Below are positions 54,141 to 64,000 of a stretch of 64,000 nt of DNA, in pieces. Each line of letters begins with the position of its first letter. The stretch's first letter is position 1. The stretch is from Octopus vulgaris (lineage: Eukaryota). Both the position numbers and the translations under genes were made by a program. The notes beneath the pieces were generated by a model. The model saw nothing but the letters and a program-made list of their open reading frames with translations, was not told where the DNA came from and did not search any database. Where the stretch lies: NCBI GenBank assembly GCA_951406725.2, contig OX597817.1, positions 7,626,001-7,690,000 on the forward strand, written 5' to 3'.

Positions 54141-55056
54141 TATGGGCGTTTTCACTTACTCACGCATTCACAGACTCATACACACACACATACGAACACA
54201 CACATACATACACACACGAAAGTATATATATATACATATATATTTTTTCCTTCTTTCGTTTTTTACTTTGAGCTAGATGATTTAGGAAAATAGAAATATT
54301 TTAATCAAATATTTGCCGCAAATTGTATTCCACAAAGAATTGAATTTCAAATATAATCAAAATATGATTAATGAATTACTAGTATTTTTTTTTTTTACCG
54401 AAAATCATATTTTATATATCTTTACGTGTAGCATAATTTTTCAGTCATCTGTCTTGAAATAATATAATGTCATAAAGTTCCGGGTGACTATCATTTGTTG
54501 ATATTTGGTCCGGAAAGTGCCAATAAGGTAGACAAGATTCTGAGCCAAACACTACTTGAAGCGTCTAAATTTATAGCGATTCTAGATATTCTTTTAATGT
54601 TTCAGAAGAGAATTTTGTTAAATTTCTTAAACTCTTCGAACTGCAATTCACTAGTTGTTAGTATTTGGGAAATTTGTATGTACCAAGCTGTAGTAACGCA
54701 GAGGATTGATATAAATATTTGCAAAATAAGCAAATAGTGCTTGTTATTATGTATCAATATATAACAGTCTTCCATAGATCATTTCTTTTGCTCTCTCCCT
54801 CCCCCACCTCTCTCTCTCTCTCTCTCTCATTTACTCTCTCTTTCTCATTTCCAGACCTTATACTAAACACTTTTAACAATCTTTCTTCTCCAGGACTATT
54901 AATCTTTAAGCATCTTATTTTCCCATCATTTCCTTACATATATTGACCTACGAAAGTTTGACTGGCCTTCACGCTCATCGATCTCACTCCCCATTAACAA
55001 TTCTAAAGTTAAGCTCAGTACATTGTTTGACATTTCGAAAAATTTTAGACAAAATA

Positions 55057-55220
55057 GGCGTAGGAGTGGCTGTGTGGTAAGTAGCTTGCTTAAGAACCAC
55101 ATGGTTCCGGGTTCAGTCCCACTGCGTGGCACCTTGGGCAAGTGTTTTCTACAATAGCCTCGGGCCGACCAAAGCCTTGTGAGTGGATTTGGTAGACGGA
55201 AACTGAAGGAAGCCGTCGTA

Positions 55221-55271
<51 letters not shown>

Positions 55272-55500
55272 GTGTGTGTATATGTTTGTGTGTCTGTGTT
55301 TGTCCCACCAACATCGCTTGACAACCAATGCTGGTGTGTTTAATGTTCCCGTAACTTATCGGTTCGGCAAAAGAGACCGATACAATAAGTACTAGGCTTA
55401 CAAAGAATAAGTCCTGGGGTCGATTTGTTCGACTAAAGGCGGTGCTCCAGCATGGCCACAGTCAGATGACAGAAACAAGTAAAAGAGTAAAAGAGAGAGA
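55057..55500 (+). mobile_element. Microsatellite-carrying tRNA-SINE, full length
   Basis: A box tggctgtgtggtaag, B box ggttcagtccc, ccttgggcaagtg core, internal (TA)n(TG)n, LINE-like tail ggcggtgctccagcatggccacagtc. Confidence 0.88.
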
Positions 55501-57808
55501 GAGAGTAAACGTAATGGGTGAAGTAGCTATCAGTTGTTCGAATTTCTATACTGGAGGTATCCGATACGTGAAACATTGTGTGTTCCCTACAAACAGATAA
55601 AGCCTGGACTAACTGTTAGCCAGTATAGTCTATTTGTGAACGTTCATATTTGTTAAAAAAAAAAAAAACATTTGAAAATTATAATGATTTGTGTAGCAAC
55701 AGGGTGCTTTTAACAGTATTCAATTTCACTAGCCTATATTCTGAGTTGAAATATTGCCAAGGTTAACTTTACTGGGGTGACTGAATATCGCCAACATGCC
55801 TTGTTTGAAAATCTATAGCTTTGTGATAAAGTTTGGTCATTCTTGTTAGAAATTCTGATAACAGCCATGTCAAAAAGTACACGTCTCAAGATTTGGGTGA
55901 CATGTTTGTTTGTTTTTCTTTTTTGTATTTCTGCACTTCAACTGCCTACATCAAGAACAACTCTTTTAGTTCACATCCTGTAATTCTAAACAACTACGTA
56001 ATTGAGTATGGCTTAGCAACTTGTGCCGTGCTTTCGTTCATTGATTTAGGTGCCAATGTAGCAGACGTAGCTTCTGGATTTTTATACCCTTGACCCATGG
56101 AAAGGTCCTGAATGCGACAGTTAAAGAGGCTTGTATGCGCTTGGCTGGTATTTATCTTATCTGAGTATGCTGGTGTAACGTGAAACGAAGTGCGTTACTA
56201 AAAGAAAATTTGCTACCGGGTTCAGGAATCGAACCTACGAGCTTACGATTGTAAGCCCAACTCCCTAAACATTAATCAACAGATTTTCATATTCCTATAG
56301 TAAGAGAAATAATTTTCATTTGGGTGTTCCAAAGTTATCTCTTCTAAGAGAACAATTCCAGATACTTTTGAGCTTAGAGGTTTTATATATATTTTTTTCG
56401 GTGTGCCTCTACGAATGTATAGTATCCTAAAATTGTATATTTTTCTGAAAAATATCATAGTATATTCCAATTTGACATTTTCAATCCCAGCTTCTGGCTA
56501 GCGCTGGTAACATCTTTCATCTACTTTGATTCCAAATTTTCTAATAACCCCTCTAGTGTATTTTTTTCCCTTGCCCGAAAATGTTATCTTTTTTTGTATT
56601 CATTTTTGTACCATTTTCTATATTTACACACGAAATGAATGGCATTTTTGTATACTCTGCAACACACCCGACACTATCTTGTCGGTTTCCGGCAGCGTTA
56701 TAAAACGTTTTGATCAAATCGTTTGTTCTTGTGCAACCATAAGTGATATTCTCTCCCTTTTTTGTCCTCTATCTTTCAGCCAAGCATACACTTCCTCTCC
56801 TACTACATGTTTGCTTGACAAACTGCCCATGCAACATGCTTTCTCATATTTGTTCTTTCATTGCTTCTTTTTCTTTATTTGTGTTTTTTTTTTCCTTCCT
56901 TTCTTTTTCCATTCTTGAATATGTTTCGACTTCTATGAAGCCGCCATTGATCTTCCTCGTTGCACGTATAAGCTTCGCTTCACTTTCCCTTGAATACCTC
57001 TCTATTTATATAATTTATATGCATACTGAAACTTCCTCCCTCTTTCTTCCGCTACTTTACTCCCTCACTCTTCTCTACCTCATTGTCTCTCTCTCTCTCC
57101 TCTACATCTCCCGCGTTTCTTCACTTCTCTGTCCCTCTTCCCTAACTCTCTCTCACTCTTCCTCTTCTCTATAGCTCTCTCATCTCTATTGCTCTCTCTC
57201 TCTCTCTCGCTGTCTCTCTTTCTCTCTGATATTTCTGTTCTATTTCTGACATTTCTCTTCTATCTCTTTTCCTTTGTTATAAGCATTACTGATGTTGTAT
57301 CATCTAGAAAGATGATACAAATTGCAGTTTGTAGCTTTCTGCTGCATCTACCGTTTTTATCAACTTTTTTCTGTTGTCTATTAAGCAAAAGCTGTTGTTG
57401 TGTTAACCCTGGTCAAGCCTGATTGAACAGAACAATGATAACTGGTGTTCCAGTCGTGACCATCCTTTTTTTTTTCTCTGGCATAGTGTATCTAGGATAA
57501 CATTATTCAGTGTTGTCAGCTCTTTCTCTTCTCTGATGGCAGGGAATAATTCTTTTTTATCTCTTCAGTTACTAGATAGCAGTTTAGTCAGACAAATCGA
57601 CCCCTGTGCTTTTTTTTAAGCCTGTTACATAAGCTATCGTTCTCTTTGGCTGAGCCGCTAAGTTACGGGGACATAAACAATCCGGCACCGGTTGTCAAAC
57701 GGTGGTGGAAGATAAACACACACAAACGCAAAGACACGCACGCGTGCACCTATACTGGCACGTGCTTTTTTCCAGATTATCTGCTCCTTCCTCCTTTTCC
57801 TCCTCTCT

Positions 57809-57835
57809 CCGACGAAAAGCCATGCTCGAAACGTC
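57809..57835 (+). ncRNA. Hammerhead ribozyme remnant
   Basis: CCGACGA aaagc cat gctc GAAA cg TC; stem I is lost. Confidence 0.35.
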
Positions 57836-57960
57836 ATTTCTTCTTTTCTTCCATCTAAAATTTTCCCTGAAGGTCAATTTAATATATTCAATGTGTACGT
57901 TTAATTGATTTTGTTGTTTTTCATTTGTATATTTATTGTATATATATGTATATATGTATG

Positions 57961-58021
<61 letters not shown>

Positions 58022-58029
<8 letters not shown>

Positions 58030-58360
58030 AAGGGCATAACTACCAAATATAAACAAATCGTACCGAATGCAATTCTCGAATTCTCGAACAGTTCCATATG
58101 CTACGATGGATGCGACAGTTGTCTGTCTGGTATGTTGGTTTGTTCATTCATTATATATCTTGAATTCGCTGTACTGACGAGCAAGAAACGCAGATACTGC
58201 GTTGATTGCGAAATCACAGGTGATCTATAGCTAAATTCTGTTTTTAAATGACTCGCTTCGAGAATTGCATTCGGTACGATTTGTTTATATTTGGTAGTTA
58301 TGACTTTAAAAGTCCCTCCTAGCGTGCGGCATTTATGTGTAATAATGCCCTCTATATAAT
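58022..58360 (+). mobile_element. Non-coding Penelope-like element with inverted repeats and hammerhead
   Basis: Follows (TA)n; perfect 46-bp inverted repeat 58035-58080 / 58257-58302, outer inverted repeat 58022-58037 / 58345-58360; hammerhead inside. Confidence 0.75.
58168..58231 (+). ncRNA. Type I hammerhead ribozyme with canonical core
   Basis: gctgta CTGACGA gcaa(ga aacgcag ata ctgcgtt ga)ttgc GAAA tcac ag gtga TC tatagc: all three stems pair; AUC cleavage after 58225. Confidence 0.88.
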
Positions 58361-58539
58361 GTAAATAAATATTTTCAAGTGAAAAAATTTACAGATTTTT
58401 TCTCTTATGAGGTTCTTCACGCTAACTACTTGATAATTTCTTTTCAAGATTTTATCCTATTTTTTAAATTTACATATATATATATATATATATATACAAC
58501 CTCAGTTTACATACATATACATAGAGGGATAGATAGAGT

Positions 58540-58651
<112 letters not shown>

Positions 58652-58690
58652 CATACATACATACATATATACATACATATATACAACCTG

Positions 58691-58744
<54 letters not shown>

Positions 58745-58869
58745 GTGTGTCTATGTGTGTGTGTATGTGTGTTTTGAGGTTGATATAAGTGTAGATCATT
58801 AGCCTAGCAGAGAGTAAACGAAATAAGCAGGTGCAAAGTCTCCAAAATAACTAATATTAAATTTAGCTA

Positions 58870-59290
58870 TCCCCAGAAACCCTTAGAAAAATGGAGGGAA
58901 CATTTTCAAAATTTGCTTATGAACATACCCCAATTTCTGATACAGATTTAACATCTATTATTGACCACACCTTTTATATCATAACTGTAGATTTTACCAT
59001 TGATAAATTGAAAGAAGTCCTTAAGAACAAGATCTAAGTGGCTATTGGACTGGATTACATTCCACCTGAAGTCTAGAAAATAGTAGAATTCAATGATATT
59101 TAGTTAGGCATCTGCAATACAGCTACAAAGATCTACTGAGTCGTCACTTATGCAGCCACCACCGCAAAAGTGTATAATTCACGCCTACTCAAGAGGATAC
59201 AACCAGAAATTGAAAAAGTTTTGAAAAGTCATAATTTCTTCAGAATAAAAATCGATCTACTGTCGGAGAGATATTTCATCATATAGACAA
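58870..59290 (+). mobile_element. Highly degenerate RTE-like LINE RT fragment
   Basis: Remnants AIGLDYIPPEV*K..EFNDI and TAKVYNSRLLKRIQPEIEKVL. Confidence 0.55.
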
Positions 59291-59706
59291 ATTTTGATAT
59301 ATTGGTTTCAAATTTTGGCACAAAGTGAGACTATCTTCTTGTCCAGACGCGCAGTCCAAGAGATTTTTTTTCTTTTCAATGTCGCTGAAATGTCAATCTC
59401 ATTTCTAATAACACCACGTGAACCGCTTAATAGCTGCCCAGTTTCCAGCAGCCATCTTGAACTTCCTGCATCTCTCCATTCGGCTAACTGCTCGACAAGC
59501 TAGGTTTCTGTAAGAAGCCTATGAAATGGAACTTTAATCTGCATGCGGCCGAATCACACACACACACACAGAGGAACATGCACTCACACACACGCACACC
59601 CACACACAACGCATGTATATACATGTATTTCAAACCTTTAATAACAACTATCAATTTGCTTCGAGGATTATATCTGAATATTTCCTACAGATAATATATA
59701 CGGTAT

Positions 59707-59932
59707 TGGCGAGCTGGCAGAATCGTTAGCGTGCCGGGCGAAATGCTTAGCAGTATTTCATCTGCCGCTACGTTCTGAGTTCAAATTCCGCCGAGGTCGA
59801 CTTTGCCTTTCATCCTTTCAGGGTCGATTAAATAAGTACCAGTTACGCACTGGGTTCGATATCGACTTAATCCATTTGTCTGTCCTTATTTGTCCTCTCT
59901 GTGTTTAGCCCCTTGTGGGTAGTAAAGAAATA
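59707..59932 (+). mobile_element. Meta-domain SINE, full length
   Basis: ggcgagctggcagaatcgttagc...gagttcaaattccgccgaggtcgactttgcctttcatcc...tail. Confidence 0.88.
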
Positions 59933-60919
59933 AATATATACGCTATCGATACCTTGTCGTGTGACATATATTAAAAGGCATTTGCTTGTGATTGTTTGCG
60001 TAAGATAGAGGGACGAAGAGAGAGAGAGAGTGTGAGGGAGAGAGAGAATAAGAACTGGAATAAAATAGAGAGAGGAGAGTCCAAAAAGAAAAACTGAAAT
60101 GGAACTGAAGGAAAAAGTAAAGAGAGAGTTTGACTTCATAAACTTTCATCGCTTCTGTACCTCACGGTAACATTTCTGTTCTATTCCTAATCCCTTCATC
60201 TATCACTCAACATACATTTACTTGAATCTTTTGTTTGCTCTTTGGGTTGCTTTTTTTTCTTGTGGGGAAGGGCATTCTTTATTGTGGGATGATTTTGGAG
60301 TTCTGAGTAATAGTTGAAAATCATTAACTGAAAATTCATTTACAATTTCCGTCTGCCATTTTTCTAGTTTCTTAGCCTACTTAACTTTCTGTTCCCAAAA
60401 AAATATGCATGATAATTTTAAGGTCGTAAAAAAGAATGACCCACGTCCTCAGAATGGCTCACACGAAAACTTCGTATCATTATCCTTAGGTTTTTTGCAA
60501 GAACCAAGTCTTTTGTAGTTTCTTCGTAATCGAATATTACCTCCTCGAGAGTCTGGACTGAATTTGCCACTGAATATTTATAGAGATGTACTAAGTCTTC
60601 CATCAGTTCTTCATTTTTTTTTTTAGCAATAAACTATGAATGCCAGTGCATGGAGATGGCTCTTTCTCTTACATTTGCTTGCCTGCTTTCTGTCCGTTTA
60701 CCATTACTCGTATTCAAAGTTGACACACTTATAGGTGTTCGTAAGTATTTCTGGGATTGGACACTCACAACATTTGATTCAGGGTCGCTATCAATATAGT
60801 TTTCAACGCCTTGATTGTCACTACAGTATTATATTGACTTATGTAATACAGTACATGCCGATGGTGGGATCTCTCTCTCTCTCTCTCTCACTCTCTCTCC
60901 CTCCCTCCCTCTCTCTCCT

Positions 60920-60950
<31 letters not shown>

Positions 60951-61082
60951 GCCTTACCCTTACTCCAGATAGCAGACATATCTTGCTTCGCTTTATGGAT
61001 AAGTTACTGCTCCACATGTCGGCTAGGTCCTCTTTCCATTCACCATTAGGAGACGTACAAAACGTTCCCTAAGGATACACGG

Positions 61083-61497
61083 GGATCTTTTCGGTTTGAA
61101 CGGCAGTTTTTTCTAGCGGTATCATATGAAATTGTCACCCATAATTATGACCCTAGTATCGATCTATTGCATTGCAATCTATTTTAGGGTTAGGGTTAGG
61201 GTTAGTTAGGGTTAGGGGTGGGGGGAAGGGTATCTTTTTTTCTTCACAAATGTAAATAAACTCAATCTGTTTCTTAAACGAGGGACATATTCATACGGTA
61301 CAGAATGTTGTTTACCTCAATGGACGTCACTGATTGATTGAAATTACAGAAATTGAAGAAAAAACAACACATATCTTACAAACTATAGAATTTTCTCAAT
61401 AAAGCTAAGAGAAAAAGATGTTTTATAAACACATTCTACCAGTATACGAAGTTTAAATTTTTTTTTGATTACCTAGAAATTCTGTTAAAAACTGCCG
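61083..61497. mobile_element. Unclassified non-autonomous element with internal (TTAGGG)n
   Basis: Short inverted repeat acggcagtttt / aaaactgccgt; flanking direct repeat tacacgg; telomere-like repeats at 61184-61217. Confidence 0.5.
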
Positions 61498-62330
61498 TAC
61501 ACGGAGAAGCAGAGATATGAAAACTTTCTCATTCCCGTTTTGGTACATTCTTGTCAAAATTGTTTCTCTTACTGAACCTTGTTTATGTCTAGAATTTTCC
61601 GATTGGATGCGACATTTGCTAAAGCTGTGTTGTGTCAAAATCGCTTTCATTCGTATTACAGACAACAAATGCAGGATTTTCTCAAAATGTTAGTGCTTCG
61701 TTTTACATCTTAACCATTGTTTTTGTGTGTGCAAATGCGTGTGTGTATTCGTGTGTGTGTGGGTGTGTACGTGTGTGTGTGTGCGTGTGTGTGTGTGTGT
61801 TTTTTGCTCGCTGTCGAAGCTTATACTGGAGGAATTTCTTTCCAATATTTTGTGATGAATATCAGCTTTCAAGAAAAAAGTATTTCAAACAAATAAAAAA
61901 CGCTCATCTTTCTGTGAAACAAACCAAAAGAATTGATACAGAAAAAAAAAAAACTAGCCAAATTTTCTAAAAAGCCACATGAAATTAATGCAGCAACGAA
62001 AGCATTATTAAGGATAACCAGCAAACAGCCAATTCTAAAAACCAATCATGATAATTTTTATTATTGTTAACACCTTTATTTACGATTTTTACGTTCTGCT
62101 TTCAAATGGCATCGAATTCAACTTTTCTTTTATCATTTCAGATTTGAAAATCTAAAATACCAATTATTTGTTTGGAGTCGTTTAAATGGATTATATTTTT
62201 TTATCTTAAAATATGTGTCCTTGTATCTGTGCATTACAAATCCTTATTATTTTTAAATCTATTTACGTTAAATTTCAATCAAACTCCATGCTTGGGTTTG
62301 AATCTAATATCATTGTTAAAGTTAATTCTA

Positions 62331-62515
62331 AGGCAGCGATCTGGCAGAATCGTTAGTACGCTTAGTACGGGCGAAATGCTTAGCGACATTTCGTATGTCT
62401 TTACGTTTTGAGTTCAAATTCCACCGAGATCGACTTTGCCTTTCATCCTTTCGGTGTTGATAAATTAAGTACCAGTTGCGTACTGGGGTCGATCTAATCG
62501 ACTGACACCCTCCCT
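62331..62515 (+). mobile_element. Meta-domain SINE, 3'-truncated
   Basis: Head and Meta core present. Confidence 0.8.
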
Positions 62516-63451
62516 CGAATTAACCCATTCTAGCGCATTTCAGAAGGCTGGGACTAAAGAAAATTTTATCTACAGGCCGGGAGACCTGGCACGAACGCTT
62601 GCAGCATGGGCGTAAATTGATAATGACACTCAATGCTTCGGTAGTGAGTTAATGACGTGTTGATAAGGAATGAGCATTCGGATTCATTTATACCGAAGTT
62701 CTCCCATTACCGCATGGACTATCACCAAGAAAAATAACGGAAATAAGCACGAATCATTATGTAAGGTATATCATTAAACTATTGGTTATCTTTTAACAGC
62801 GAATGACAAGTGAAATTAATAGACGTAAAATAAGAACCGTTGCCAAAGTCACAAATTTGTCTGTAGCTTGTACCTCGATAGTATTATCTATAAAAACAAA
62901 TTGAATAACAAAAACTTTACTGCAACTTTAAACAATAGATTGGTTGCTTCAATATAATAGCAGACCTTTGCCCGATTCATATACATGAAAATGTGCGTGA
63001 ACAGCCGATTTAGTATCTCCAGAGAATATCTTTTGTTTTGAAATACCCTTTTTAATACCTTGTGGTTTGGGAGGGCAATAACGTTGGCACGTATATCTGT
63101 CTGGATGGTAATCACGATAGAAACTGACGATGATGATGATGATGATGACGACGACGATGATGATGATGATGATCAGCATCATCATCATCATGGTAATGGT
63201 GATGTAACCATTATTGTGAAATCATAAAACTTCAAACGATTCGTGTTTATAAATGTGCTTGTATGCATGTGCATATATGAGTGTGCGTGCGTATGTTACG
63301 CATACACATATCCATATTAGTCTTTGTGTCAAGCTAGCTACTTTTATGTGCGCATGTGTGTGGGTGTGTAGAAATATGTATAGCTAGTTTTATGTGCGCA
63401 TGTGTGTAGGTGTGTAGAAATATGTATATTGTGTATATTTATGTGTGTCAT

Positions 63452-63452
<1 letters not shown>

Positions 63453-63541
<89 letters not shown>

Positions 63542-63555
63542 CGATAGATAGATAG
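63453..63555 (+). repeat. (GATA)n microsatellite
   Basis: Direct reading. Confidence 0.9.
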
Positions 63556-64000
63556 GTAAATAGAGCTATATATGGATGGATGTTACGTATAGACATATAT
63601 TAGTATGTATGTACATATATATACATATTTAACTTATGCCTACGAGTCATGCGTGGCTGTGTGTGTTTGTGTGTGTGTGTTTTTTATTACGCTAGAAAAA
63701 CATTGGCAAATGATAAAATATTGTATATTTGTTAGTTATTATTGCAGTTTCTTTCTTTGAAATGTTATTTCACCTCATACACTATCACAAAGGACAACTG
63801 TCAACATCAACAAAAATATAATGTTGAAAGTCATTGAAATCGTATCATATTACTATTATTATTACTATTATAGTCATAATAAACATCATATATTTATGAA
63901 AACAATATTAATGACTTCTTATATGGGGGGTGGGAAAAGTCAGTAGCAAACTGTCTTCAAAACTTTATAGGTTCTTATTATTTCGTCCTCGGAAGAATAA

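Noticed and set aside
60418-60603. 61-aa minus-strand ORF with protein-like composition
   Set aside because: No recognisable motif or splice context; possibly transposon debris.
61184-61217. True telomere or fusion scar
   Set aside because: Only about five units, embedded in a small element; the short TTAGGG run near 37040 is likewise within a SINE tail.
63343-63428. Direct tandem duplication of about 45 bp
   Set aside because: Local slippage in low-complexity sequence with no sign of function.

Overview
AT-rich, microsatellite-dense animal DNA, most likely an octopus (inferred from the SINE repertoire and a mollusc-type intron-containing tRNA-Lys(UUU)). The only host coding sequence I can support is one 127-bp internal exon (10103-10229, +) of a KCNQ/Kv7 potassium channel, so essentially the whole window is intron. 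The introns hold a nearly intact Penelope-like retroelement (RT + GIY-YIG, one nonsense codon), a decayed Gypsy LTR element, RTE, CR1/L2-group and R4/Dong-like LINE fragments, a deleted mariner, Helitron and hAT non-autonomous elements, and several tRNA-derived SINE families. Three things stand out. (1) A set of short, sequence-unrelated, non-coding elements sits in (TA)n tracts, has head-to-head inverted repeats and carries type I hammerhead ribozymes, mirroring the ends of the Penelope element; most of the ribozymes lie on the KCNQ sense strand and one has a compensatory U3-A8 core. (2) An unspliced pre-tRNA-Lys is fused directly to a LINE 3' tail, resembling a proto-SINE. (3) Three SINEs appear to have inserted one after another at a single site. 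Most ORFs in the supplied track are microsatellite artefacts. All calls were made by eye; no searches or folding programs were run.
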